Under the pieces are notes generated by a model. The model was not told the origin of the DNA. It did no database searches and saw only the letters and a list, made by a program, of their open reading frames with translations. Below, one piece after another: positions 55,501 to 63,707 of a stretch of 64,000 nucleotides of DNA; position 1 is the first letter of the stretch, and the number at the start of each line of letters is the position of its first letter. The position numbers and the translations under genes were made by a program. The stretch is from positions 42,322 to 106,321 of the forward strand of contig CAYRQP010000001.1 of assembly GCA_964426545.1 (NCBI GenBank), written 5' to 3'. This DNA is from an uncultured bacterium. Its GTDB lineage: Bacteria; Fermentibacterota; Fermentibacteria; Fermentibacterales; JCC-6.

Positions 55501-56526
55501 TCCCGAGTCTGCATATACTGAAAAAGTCGAAGGCAGATCTCTGTTCAACGGGTGTGCCGGTTCCTCGACAAGCATTGAATTCTCATCAATAGTACCGTAA
55601 CTGTCTCCCATTAGGAATGTCTCGGCTGCTTCTCTTCCGTTCATTGTAATTATAGGTACTTCGAGAGACCTGAAAAAATCGACGTGGAGGTGAGTTCCGC
55701 TCGAAACATGTCTGAGAATGAGAAGACTGATGTCATCATAATTGTATGATGTAAGCATGGCATCGGTCAGCTGTGTAGTTGTATACCCCCAGAAGCTCAA
55801 ACGGTCTATCATTGCCTGCTCTTCCGCACTTGCAGCAGGGACTGAATCTGCTCCTGCCACATTGAATACGATATATCCCTCCTGTGCAGGTGGTCCGTAA
55901 AATCCCGGATTGATATTGTGATTAATTCCAAGATTGCGGGGGGATACAGTTGTCTGCATTACTGTCTGATATATATCATCACCGCTTTGTGCTGTCAGAG
56001 TGATCTCAATCTGAATATGTCTGATCTGGTCGCGCATTGCTTCACCCTGGGGATCATTTATATCGAGAGTTGATCCGTCTTCATTGAGATATGTAAACTC
56101 CAAATGTGTGATATATCCGTCACCTGTAAGTTTGACATAGTCCTCCCTATCCCGAATTTCAACATAGCCGTCATCCAGCAACTCTATCATCCGGTAATCG
56201 GTCGAATCGAGACTCTTCATAGGTTCCCAGTCGGCGTAAAACTCCAGACTGTCTTCTCCGACTGCAACTATCGGATGCCAATCATCTTCATCCCAGCCCC
56301 CCTGAGGCATGTATCCGGCCCAGATTATCGAGTTTTTCATTTCCGATAAAGTCAGTCTCCCTGCGGTAGTCAGTTGATTCTGCATACTCGCAAAGTGAAA
56401 ACTCTCAGTTCCCCGCAGGAGAAACAGCATTACAGCACCAAGAACCACAAGAAGAACAACAACTACAATAAGCAGCTCAATTAGAGAAAATGCCGGTTTA
56501 CCTTTTATAAGTTTAAGACTCATCAT
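52594..56526 (-). CDS. Giant (1,310 aa) PilW-like pilin with multi-domain passenger, putative tip adhesin
   Basis: KPA|FSLIELLIVVVVLLVVLGAV with E5. A ~200-aa pilin part, then an alpha/beta domain and several acidic beta-sandwich modules ending GISLDNI, GWDDIEI, WKVDDL and GWNLDNV. Confidence 0.82.
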   Translation of the reverse strand: MMSLKLIKGKPAFSLIELLIVVVVLLVVLGAVMLFLLRGTESFHFASMQNQLTTAGRLTLSEMKNSIIWAGYMPQGGWDEDDWHPIVAVGEDSLEFYADWEPMKSLDSTDYRMIELLDDGYVEIRDREDYVKLTGDGYITHLEFTYLNEDGSTLDINDPQGEAMRDQIRHIQIEITLTAQSGDDIYQTVMQTTVSPRNLGINHNINPGFYGPPAQEGYIVFNVAGADSVPAASAEEQAMIDRLSFWGYTTTQLTDAMLTSYNYDDISLLILRHVSSGTHLHVDFFRSLEVPIITMNGREAAETFLMGDSYGTIDENSMLVEEPAHPLNRDLPSTFSVYADSGYHSSMYDFRSGTTLLTRIDAVDDSSGVSVINEAMPTRRRVHFSPWQATQFTENGGWVLFKNAIEWISYTPDEDPGEALTEEETFDVAYTEEMLVTLWEDGIDPSIATDTTIVYSEDFESKFNPSWQYTPGPINGRCGIITEGGMTFLRLDRDVTGPSVQNMAVWNVDLSDFNENTDNLILKMDSKAGTWETLHDLDGVYLHVESTSTDTLFTIDFEPVRGRTPGDIHYSGSGRVRVHSPSTWQGNGQFITMDAQYQGQYAYNRVMIEASTVGYSNGDVFTVHYRFHDHSDDNHDSGTQSDFVGWNSTGDIDGSFEIIEYLNPNNYSDYSWHDRSVSFTPSSMPDSSIYIIFGQYGNYQADLFNASDGISLDNIILTVTHDDSVYVSIAQPQTSGLEWNTLALDLDAAARSNDQEFSSSFEIMLSQYDQGSWPNYGRGWDDIEIASLTDENTVPGWEHNTLYSDKKGYTGIDDWRIGSESSNDYWEIQNDEGGFSDSSYCYLQTPSVYIPSTAIETFFSFKHQYNTQSNSAGGYVQISSDNGVTWSILPLGYTGICSPEHPAPANTHIYYGAGSRYVWQTASADLSSFAGNLVIIRFVFGAAATVTDGFWKVDDLLIQTTVDVYSIQSIAFNVTSDYPDCTFNNVDIYMSSIPDDSAFTGAGEWNTYSMTLAADGVSLQVQESGWQSISLDSIFYLPEGQQLAVKIEKADSASSEDIVYWEHIQTSDYMCRRSSNDNYDPSVLVRSNDLPFMKIGTSIAEIACDIGLGSTNSISESPLNSEYVYSDFEGIYSFADAAGGIPTAWTHAGTNDDWEFGAPVVVPDVDPWLVPENDGSIAGTDLSDDGYYNNDAWAYLISPAYEMPDSEQSSVILRFDRCVRLSGGDDALVFIGFSEDEDYPTDEEDWILIRTYNTNHSYWDTEEIEMSTAMEAGHDDNADYFFIRYVQSSGSDGVRGGWNLDNVQVFGDAE

Positions 56527-56537
56527 TCCATTTTCTC

Positions 56538-56915
56538 CTAAAATATCGTGCTTAGGGAAATACTGTCGGATCCGGCCGGTGTTCCGTATTTAACAGTACA
56601 TTTCACGAGTCTTGCATTTGGGCTTTCGGTAACTGAACTTATTGTCATATATCTATCGAAATCATCATCTATTATCTCCGGTCCTATAACGGTTCCCGGA
56701 TCTATCGAACCCACATCGACAGTTCTGTATAACTCAAGTCCCTGTCTTGATATCTCCAAAGCCCTCGTTGCCGAGTCAATTGTTTGTGACTGGTTAATCA
56801 TGTTCAGGAAGAAGAACGCTACTCCGATTATAAGAACAGCAAGTATCGCACTTGCTATCATCAGTTCTATCAGAGTGAATCCTCCTGAATGTCTCACCTT
56901 AACTGCTTTCAGCAT
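56538..56915 (-). CDS. Minor pilin, PilV-like
   Basis: Start ATG 56915; SGG|FTLIELMIASAILAVLIIG; 125 aa. Confidence 0.82.
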   Translation of the reverse strand: MLKAVKVRHSGGFTLIELMIASAILAVLIIGVAFFFLNMINQSQTIDSATRALEISRQGLELYRTVDVGSIDPGTVIGPEIIDDDFDRYMTISSVTESPNARLVKCTVKYGTPAGSDSISLSTIF

Positions 56916-56973
56916 TCTGTCCCCGCTTTCAATATAAATATAATGTAACTGTAATATATAATCATTATTTCCC

Positions 56974-57327
56974 TTAATTCGTTCCCGCATAAATCCGGCG
57001 GACAAGTTCGACACGCCCACCCGACTCCGAAGTTACCAGAACTCTGATTTCTCTTTCTGTGTTCGACAGAGTGGCAATTTCCGTTTCAACTGTAAAACTA
57101 TTCAACCCTCCCGGGCTTTCAATAAGGTAAGTCCCGTCTTCGGGTAACTCATCCATTGTCTCGTAATCCGTCATTGTTATCCTCGCAAGAGTGAGAATAT
57201 CTCTTCTGGTTTCAACCAATGTTCTTTTCTCTATGAAATATCCTGCTGAAATTGTCAGTGAGAGAGCAACAGTCAATACCACTGCAGCAGATATGACAGT
57301 TTCGGATAGAGAGAATCCCTTTCTCAT
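56974..57327 (-). CDS. Minor pilin, PilV/GspI-like
   Basis: MRKG|FSLSETVISAAVVLTV with E5; 117 aa. Confidence 0.78.
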   Translation of the reverse strand: MRKGFSLSETVISAAVVLTVALSLTISAGYFIEKRTLVETRRDILTLARITMTDYETMDELPEDGTYLIESPGGLNSFTVETEIATLSNTEREIRVLVTSESGGRVELVRRIYAGTN

Positions 57328-58745
57328 CTAATCGAACTCCCCCCCGATGCTACAATATTGGTTCTACCAGTGGTCGGGTATATGCAGAACTCATATTCAT
57401 CGATTAGCACCGGCTCGCAGCCGGGTATTCCCGTCCTTACTTCGATGAGAACTTTCCGGGCATCCCGTCCGCCGGGTTCTGCCTGAATATCGAGACGGTC
57501 ATCGTGCAGGACAGCAATATCCGCCCTGCCTGATAAATTGTAATCACCGATTATTCCTGTAAATTCAGATCTCTGATCATTCTCTGCATACATTACAGAA
57601 TCATCGGCTCCACTGCTAAAGTAAACATCGTTCCATCCAAATATCCTGCCTTCGTGACCACTCAGTAATTGTCCTGCTGCAGGAAGCGGTGCAAATCCGT
57701 TCCAAAAGAGTTTTCTCCATGAATACATGCCGTTACTGTTGCACCACAATCCGCCAAGACCGTATCGGCCTTCAATGTAACCCCATCCTGCAAGCTCCGA
57801 ACCACCTGCTCTATCGTGCTGCAGTACTTCCCTTCCTGCAAGATAACAGGTCATTCCATCTTCGTATATCCATGCAAGGTCATCTTCTCCGTTCAAGTCG
57901 AAATCTCCGGTGAAGTAATCGAGCAGTACAGTATCCGACGTACCTGCAGAAACTCGAACACCACTCGAAACATCACCGTATAGTTTACCGTTGGGCATAA
58001 TTACCGGACAGGTGCCTTCCGGAGATGTTAAGGTAAGAACTTTTCCCGATTCAGGGAATACTGCATATCCTGCCCCCGTAAATTCTGCTATCACGATTTC
58101 CTGTTCTTCGTCGATAATGCCTGAAGTAAGTACACAATTCTCTGACCATATCCCGGACGGGATACTGTTCCGAAGCAGTGTGCCGTTTCTGTCTATCAGG
58201 AATAACGAATCTCTCTCATCATACCGACAGATAAGCACAGCTTCATATTCTCCGCCAGTGTTTCCATATACTTCCCATGAATCAGGTGCTTCTGATATCT
58301 CTATTGAAAAAGTCTGTGATACTTCAGTTTCGCCGGACGCAAAGAAGCAGGAATAGAGAATATTATCCGCTATCCCGGCAACCATCATTCCGCCTGTTGT
58401 TCCCACTGCACTGACATCCGTTAACTCAGGAATCACATAACTCATCTTCACATCACTGATATATTCTTTTTCGAGTAGTCTAATCTCGGTAGAATATCCC
58501 CCCAGAATAAACCTCGGGGGTTCTTCTCCTGGACCCAGTTCATCATTCCGCTGCATATTCACATACTTCTCGAGAGCACTTTTCTGTGTAAGAGATGCCT
58601 GTGCCAGTTCTTCGCGAACTTCTTGACGCTCTGTAATGGATGAAATGTACCCGAAAAGTATGGCAGCCGAGAGCATTGCAGCTGCAGATGCAAAGACAGC
58701 CATGGTGAGAACAGCTCCGCTTCTACTACTTATTCTATATTTCAT
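57324..58745 (-). CDS. PilX/GspK-like pilin-signal protein with inserted FG-GAP-like region
   Basis: Start ATG 58745; RSG|AVLTMAVFASAAAML (no E5). GDFDLNGEDDLA and GDYNLSGRADIA resemble FG-GAP/VCBS Ca-binding loops. Confidence 0.6.
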   Translation of the reverse strand: MKYRISSRSGAVLTMAVFASAAAMLSAAILFGYISSITERQEVREELAQASLTQKSALEKYVNMQRNDELGPGEEPPRFILGGYSTEIRLLEKEYISDVKMSYVIPELTDVSAVGTTGGMMVAGIADNILYSCFFASGETEVSQTFSIEISEAPDSWEVYGNTGGEYEAVLICRYDERDSLFLIDRNGTLLRNSIPSGIWSENCVLTSGIIDEEQEIVIAEFTGAGYAVFPESGKVLTLTSPEGTCPVIMPNGKLYGDVSSGVRVSAGTSDTVLLDYFTGDFDLNGEDDLAWIYEDGMTCYLAGREVLQHDRAGGSELAGWGYIEGRYGLGGLWCNSNGMYSWRKLFWNGFAPLPAAGQLLSGHEGRIFGWNDVYFSSGADDSVMYAENDQRSEFTGIIGDYNLSGRADIAVLHDDRLDIQAEPGGRDARKVLIEVRTGIPGCEPVLIDEYEFCIYPTTGRTNIVASGGSSIR

Positions 58746-58778
58746 AATACCTCTCAACTAACTTCCACTGTAAATTGA

Positions 58779-58794
58779 AGCAAGATACATGCCT
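58779..58794 (-). promoter_or_regulatory. sigma54 (-24/-12) promoter of the minor-pilin cluster
   Basis: Minus strand AGGCAT-GTATC-TTGCT with correct GG-N10-GC spacing, 33 nt before ATG 58745; resembles the pilA promoter (GGCATG...TTGC). Confidence 0.72.
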
Positions 58795-58865
58795 GAATAT
58801 TGATAGTTATATGTGTTATTTATAAGAGATAAATGCTATATTCTCGCGGTTTTAAATTATCGATA

Positions 58866-58910
58866 TGCAAATCCCTGCAGTTGGTTTGCAGACCCATGCA
58901 CAATCTTGCC
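58866..58910. promoter_or_regulatory. Helically phased TGCA array, putative enhancer (UAS) for a sigma54 activator
   Basis: TGCA at 58866, 58876, 58887, 58897 and TGCC at 58907 (spacing 10, 11, 10, 10), about 75-115 nt upstream of the -24 GG. Confidence 0.55.
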
Positions 58911-58921
58911 CGCATAGATAC

Positions 58922-58950
58922 TTGACAGTTGTGTACTCAGTGCGTAAATT
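58922..58950 (+). promoter_or_regulatory. sigma70-type promoter of the DUF4160/DUF2442 pair
   Basis: TTGACA-17 nt-TAAATT. Confidence 0.6.
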
Positions 58951-59015
58951 AAAATAAAGTGTAACTCGGACAATCGGTATTGGATTCTACGAGCAATCAG
59001 GTGAAAGGTACAATA

Positions 59016-59275
59016 ATGCCGGAAATATCAAGATTTTTCGGAATAGTAATCAGAATGTTTTATGATGAACACAATCCTCCGCATTTTCATACTGAATACG
59101 GAAGAAAGAAAGCCGTCTTCGATTTTGCCGGAAATGTAATCAGGGGCGATCTTTGCTCAAGGCCAGCAACAAACTCGTTCGTGAATGGGTTGATATTCAT
59201 GTAGGGGATCTCGAGGAAGACTGGCTTCTGGCCAAAGATAATCATGACATTAAGAAAATAGACCCGCTGAAGTAG
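59016..59275 (+). pseudogene. DUF4160-family protein (putative toxin), frameshifted by one missing base
   Basis: MPEISRFFGIVIRMFYDEHNPPHFH...RPAT. Adding one A at 59171-59173 restores KLVREWVDIHVGDLEEDWLLAKDNHDIKKIDPLK-stop (86 aa). Confidence 0.82.
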
Positions 59276-59283
59276 AGTGAATA

Positions 59284-59571
59284 ATGTGGAATATGAATGA
59301 TGTAGTTAAGATTCACTATCGGCACGATTATGTATTTTATATTGAATTTGATGACGGTACGACAGGTGATGTCGATTTCTCAGTCTATCTCGATAAGGGA
59401 CCTGTCTTTCTGCCTTTGAAGAAGATAGAGTTTTTCAGGAGAGCAACTATCATGGGAGGAACAATATCATGGCCGAATGGTGCAGATATTGCTCCGGAAA
59501 CATTGTATGATATAGTTACTGGTGGATTAGACCGGGTGTGTGACCCGGGTAACTCCCCATATCCTGATTAA
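59284..59571 (+). CDS. DUF2442-family protein (putative antitoxin)
   Basis: [37 protein letters not shown]. Confidence 0.88.
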   Translation: MWNMNDVVKIHYRHDYVFYIEFDDGTTGDVDFSVYLDKGPVFLPLKKIEFFRRATIMGGTISWPNGADIAPETLYDIVTGGLDRVCDPGNSPYPD

Positions 59572-60581
59572 TTCAGTAGATCCGATTCCGTTGTCTCCAC
59601 CATACCGGCTTCGACGATTGTCTTCCTTGCATGAGCTAATCCAACATAGAACCTATCCGAATAAAGTTCATACTCATCCCGAAGTCTCGGCGGGGTCATG
59701 TTCACCGTAATGACATTTGCCCCGGCATTGAAACATGCCAGTTGACCGCCTTCCCGTAATCTTTCGAAGGTACTTGTGGCAGGAATGAGAGTGTTCTTGA
59801 GATAGAGTCTCATTGTAGCGATGAACCGCAACCCGAGGTCGACATTCCCTGTTTCCACGTCTTCAAGTGGTGTTCCCTTTGCAGGAAGGAATATAGACAC
59901 ACTGGACATATCTACATTCAGTTCCTTCATGAGAATAAGGTCATCGGCAAGAGATTCGATGGTCTGCCCGGGAAGTCCCAGAAGTGGCCCTGAACCGATT
60001 TCATACCTGTGTTTCTGAAGGACTTTGAGGAATTCGATTCTATCAGACAGGGTAAATCCGGGTTTCATCTTCTCGAAGAGTTCAGCATCAGATGTTTCGT
60101 GTTTCACTATAAACTTTCGTGCACCTACTTCATACCATAAGTCCAGGTCATGTTCACTGTGTACACCTACACAGAGCAGAACCATCATGCCCTTGACCGA
60201 GATTCTCCTTATTACATCTTCAAGCCACTGAGCACCGTATTCCTCGCTTTCTGCAGCCTGCAGGAAGAATGTCCGTATCCCGTTTTCATACGCCTTCTGT
60301 GCAACTGCTACAATCTCATCCGGCTCGAGTGCAAAGCGAACTGCATCTTCATTTTCCACACGCATACCGCAGTAAATGCAGCTGCATCTGCAGGAATTGG
60401 CGAATTCGATAACCGCACGTATAAATGCCTTATTCCCGAATTCTTCATCCCGGACTTTCCTTGCTGCTTCGAACAGCAATTCAGCTTCAACGTCAGATGA
60501 CAGCAGCATCTGTATCAGGTCACCTTTCGAAAAGTCTGAATCCAGCCGATTGCATATCCAGTCCCTGTTAACTTCACTCAT
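59568..60581 (-). CDS. HydE-like radical SAM enzyme (BioB/HydE/PylB group)
   Basis: [21 protein letters not shown] (CxxxCxxC), KHETSD, IGSG..LGLPGQT, GTPL, IPATS, AGANV, TP...R..YELY. Start ATG 60581 after GGAGG. Confidence 0.8.
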   Translation of the reverse strand: MSEVNRDWICNRLDSDFSKGDLIQMLLSSDVEAELLFEAARKVRDEEFGNKAFIRAVIEFANSCRCSCIYCGMRVENEDAVRFALEPDEIVAVAQKAYENGIRTFFLQAAESEEYGAQWLEDVIRRISVKGMMVLLCVGVHSEHDLDLWYEVGARKFIVKHETSDAELFEKMKPGFTLSDRIEFLKVLQKHRYEIGSGPLLGLPGQTIESLADDLILMKELNVDMSSVSIFLPAKGTPLEDVETGNVDLGLRFIATMRLYLKNTLIPATSTFERLREGGQLACFNAGANVITVNMTPPRLRDEYELYSDRFYVGLAHARKTIVEAGMVETTESDLLN

Positions 60582-61374
60582 CCGGTCCTCCAAATTTATG
60601 CTTATCTCTCCAATTAATCACATCCGGTGCAATGCCTGTCCATATCCTGAATGACTCCGCTGCCTGAAACACAAGCATATCCATCCCCGTGCATACTCGG
60701 ATACCGTTCTTCTCCAATTCATTCCGCCAGTCCCATCTGCTGTTGTAGTTAAGGTCGAAGAACAGTCCATCCTGAAGTTCATCCGTATCTATCGGGAATA
60801 CATCATCATTCTGCCACCCAAGGGTGGTAGCGTTTATTACTGTTCCGCCGGCAAGGTCTATGTCGGTCAGTTCTGATACCGGGTTTGCATAAGAGGCACA
60901 CCAGTCCGGTGCTGTCCGGCAGAATACTTCGAAGTCGAGACTTTCCCTCTTCAATACAAATGCCACTGCACGGGCGGCACCCCCACTGCCAACTATGAAA
61001 AACGGCGGGTTTGCATCGACGGTCATCAATGCCCTGAGAAAACCGGTAGTATCAGTATTCGAGCCTTCTATTGTATTATCCCTGAAAAATACTGTATTCA
61101 CAACACCGAGTTCCTTTGCATCGCCCTTCAGCATCTCGCAGAATTCAACGACTCTTCTCTTATGTGGGTATGTCACATTGAAGCCATCGTATCCGGTTTC
61201 CCGCAGTTCACTGATTTTCTCCTTCAGATGTTCCGTAGTAACAGGAAGTACAGTATAACTTCCGTTCAGACCTGCTCTCTTCAGAAACATCTGATGTATG
61301 TGCGGGGATAGTGTCTGCTTCAGCGGGTAGCCGATTATTCCTATTTTGTAGAATCTCTGCGGTTTATCGTCCAT
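60574..61374 (-). CDS. aroE: Shikimate dehydrogenase family protein
   Basis: IGYPLKQTLSP.IH, NVTYPHK, VNT, NTD..GF, GSGGAARA, INAT, DLNY, GMDMLVFQA. Confidence 0.85.
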   Translation of the reverse strand: MDDKPQRFYKIGIIGYPLKQTLSPHIHQMFLKRAGLNGSYTVLPVTTEHLKEKISELRETGYDGFNVTYPHKRRVVEFCEMLKGDAKELGVVNTVFFRDNTIEGSNTDTTGFLRALMTVDANPPFFIVGSGGAARAVAFVLKRESLDFEVFCRTAPDWCASYANPVSELTDIDLAGGTVINATTLGWQNDDVFPIDTDELQDGLFFDLNYNSRWDWRNELEKNGIRVCTGMDMLVFQAAESFRIWTGIAPDVINWRDKHKFGGPDE

Positions 61375-62632
61375 GTCTCAGCCTTTTCACCTTCTGAAAT
61401 AACCTGAATAACACATCAGCAAGCCCCTTCGGTTTGCAGAAAACAGGTTCGAAGAAATCACAGTCTTCGGAAACAGCTTTCTCATTCAGCATTTGTCTCG
61501 ACATGGGCGAGCCGGGGTAAACCCTTATCGTGCCAATATTTACAAAGGTATCTTTCCATCCGAGAGTAATCCTCACTCTGAGCATAAAGAACAACTTCAT
61601 TAATAATGCGCAAAATCCCTCCCCCGGATTGCCGTTGAAGAAGTTGATACCAACATGCAAACCTGCTTTACGGGCAGCTTTCACAGCAGGAAGCAATTCC
61701 GAAGCATTAGACCTCTTACCAAGAAGTTCAAGGCCTGTATCTGTGATCGCATCAGGCGAGAAGTCCACTTTCACAGCACCCGCTTCCTTCATCATCTTAA
61801 GTTGCTCCGGCGTTATCTTCTCATCGAGCCAGGCACCCCATGCCAATCCCGCATCTGCCTGCCCGATTCCTTCGACCAAATGAGTAAAGAAATCCTCGTG
61901 GGCATTGAAGACAGAATCAACGAACATGAATGTAGTTGCACCCAGCCGCTTCAGTTCGAGAATATCCCCGATTACATGCTCCACCGGTCTTTCACGAAAC
62001 TCTTTTCCACTAAGGAATCCATAGGTGCAGTAAGTACAACGAAATGCACACCCGCGCCTGCTCTGGACACCTATACCGAAACTGTCCTTATAAGGAGTAA
62101 TGTCGAAGACATCATACTTCGGGGGGGCTATCGAACTCAAGTCAACTAATCCTCCTTGAAGAAGCCTCTTCCCCTCCAATCCCGAGTACTCTGTAGTTCC
62201 TTCGACGAGTTCGAGTAGTCTCGGGAGAACTGCTTCACCTTCACCCTGAATAGCGTAGTCTATACGTGAGAACTTCGCGAGAATTATTTCCGGATATATC
62301 GAGAGTCCTGTACCGCCGACAATCACGGTACCCTCCCATTCTTTAAGCACGCTCATAATATCAGCAAAGGCAGGAATGAAGGAATATGTGACCGGATAGG
62401 AACTATCATCGATATTCCGCAACGACACGGCAACAACTTCAGGCACAAAAGCAGCAATCTCTTCAGACAATGCATCAGACGGACTCTCTGCTGTACTGAG
62501 GTCGAGCCCCCTAACTTCATGTTTATCGAGCTGTCCCGCCAGATAAGCTATTCCCAGCGGATATATGGGTTCTTCGGGTCTTCCTGTCGGTGACTGCACA
62601 AGCAGTATTTTCAATATCTTCTTCTTTCTCAT
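61364..62632 (-). CDS. Cobalamin-binding radical SAM enzyme
   Basis: YPLGIAYLAG, VSLRNIDD, GEGE (B12-binding domain); QSRRGCAFRCTYC, FVDSVFN, IRVYPGS. Confidence 0.9.
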   Translation of the reverse strand: MRKKKILKILLVQSPTGRPEEPIYPLGIAYLAGQLDKHEVRGLDLSTAESPSDALSEEIAAFVPEVVAVSLRNIDDSSYPVTYSFIPAFADIMSVLKEWEGTVIVGGTGLSIYPEIILAKFSRIDYAIQGEGEAVLPRLLELVEGTTEYSGLEGKRLLQGGLVDLSSIAPPKYDVFDITPYKDSFGIGVQSRRGCAFRCTYCTYGFLSGKEFRERPVEHVIGDILELKRLGATTFMFVDSVFNAHEDFFTHLVEGIGQADAGLAWGAWLDEKITPEQLKMMKEAGAVKVDFSPDAITDTGLELLGKRSNASELLPAVKAARKAGLHVGINFFNGNPGEGFCALLMKLFFMLRVRITLGWKDTFVNIGTIRVYPGSPMSRQMLNEKAVSEDCDFFEPVFCKPKGLADVLFRLFQKVKRLRHGR

Positions 62633-62666
62633 CTCTATAAGTATAATATCAAGTATAATGAAATCT

Positions 62667-63707
62667 ATGAAATTGTGTTCTGTAACTGCAATAATCGTTG
62701 TTATGCTGGTGTTGGCTTCGATACAGCCCGTTGCTGCTGAAACAGAATACCCGGTCGAAGTACAGCAGTTGAGTTTTCTGGCTGAAAACCTTGTAAATCT
62801 CGGTTACATACCCGGTGGTGCTCTGCGAATACTGCTTTCTGCACACAGCGGATGGACAGGAATGTATCCGTCAATCAACATAATTGGCGACAGTCCGTCT
62901 GATATCAGTTATTTCATTTCTGAGAATCCGAATGAACATGTTTACTACGGTGTCAGCCAAAGTTGTTTTCCGAACGGGACGAAAATTCTCATCCTTGCTC
63001 ATTCCCCCTTCTGCATTCCCGAGGGGATAACTTCGACAGCCGACTTATCGGATACCCTCAATTTCACACTCATAGGATATGATGATCTTTCAGAACCGGC
63101 AGCTGCTCTACTTACACCTGAAATAGAGATTGTCGAGTTATCTCCTGATACACTCGGACGGTTTTTATTTGCTACTGAAACAAGAGGTATTTACTGGTTC
63201 GAAGTGATGCAGAACACTAAAAACGGTCCATCGGTTGCATTTCTGTTCCCAATCATCTGCGGCGGAGATATAAATGATGTTCTTAGTGGTGACTTTTTAT
63301 CTGATAGCAAAGTTTCATCGAAACAAGACATCCTTGACGAATTGAATACATTCAGGATTTCAAAAGACCTTCTACCTCTTATTGAAAGTTCCTTCCTTGA
63401 CAGTATTGCGCAAGTCCGTGCGACAGACCTTGCCCTAACAGGAAGTTCCGAACACTACAGCGATGACGGAAATGGTGTAAACACTCTTCTACCCGATTCC
63501 ATATCAGTATTTTTCGGAGAGAACATAGCAAGGGGCAGCGGATTTAATGTAACCTGGGAGATGATACTGATAAGCCCGTTCCATCTCCAGATGTGTCTCA
63601 ACCCGGATTTAACTGAATTCGGCTCTGCAGGTGCAGTCGATTCGCAGCCGTATGAATGGCAGTTAGTTTATGTGCAGGTGTTCACCGGGACGGAAATGGA
63701 ACAGTAA
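62667..63707 (+). CDS. Exported protein with C-terminal CAP (SCP/Tpx-1/Ag5) domain
   Basis: Signal peptide from ATG 62667 (or 62658); LNTFRISKDLLPL, GENIARG, SPFH...LNP. Confidence 0.72.
   Translation: MKLCSVTAIIVVMLVLASIQPVAAETEYPVEVQQLSFLAENLVNLGYIPGGALRILLSAHSGWTGMYPSINIIGDSPSDISYFISENPNEHVYYGVSQSCFPNGTKILILAHSPFCIPEGITSTADLSDTLNFTLIGYDDLSEPAAALLTPEIEIVELSPDTLGRFLFATETRGIYWFEVMQNTKNGPSVAFLFPIICGGDINDVLSGDFLSDSKVSSKQDILDELNTFRISKDLLPLIESSFLDSIAQVRATDLALTGSSEHYSDDGNGVNTLLPDSISVFFGENIARGSGFNVTWEMILISPFHLQMCLNPDLTEFGSAGAVDSQPYEWQLVYVQVFTGTEMEQ

Noticed and set aside
56916-57020. Long leader on the PilV-like ORF
   Set aside because: It overlaps the upstream pilin and an AT-rich gap; ATG 56915 gives a normal class III leader.
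59568-60581. PylB / pyrrolysine system or stop-codon recoding
   Set aside because: Motifs (IEFxNxC, KHET, YxLY) fit HydE better; no pylS/C/D or tRNA-Pyl, and no genes interrupted by in-frame TAG were noticed.
62565-62666. N-terminal extension of the CAP protein overlapping the divergent radical SAM gene
   Set aside because: The signal peptide begins at ATG 62658/62667; the AAGTATAAT duplicate in the gap is most simply promoter sequence.
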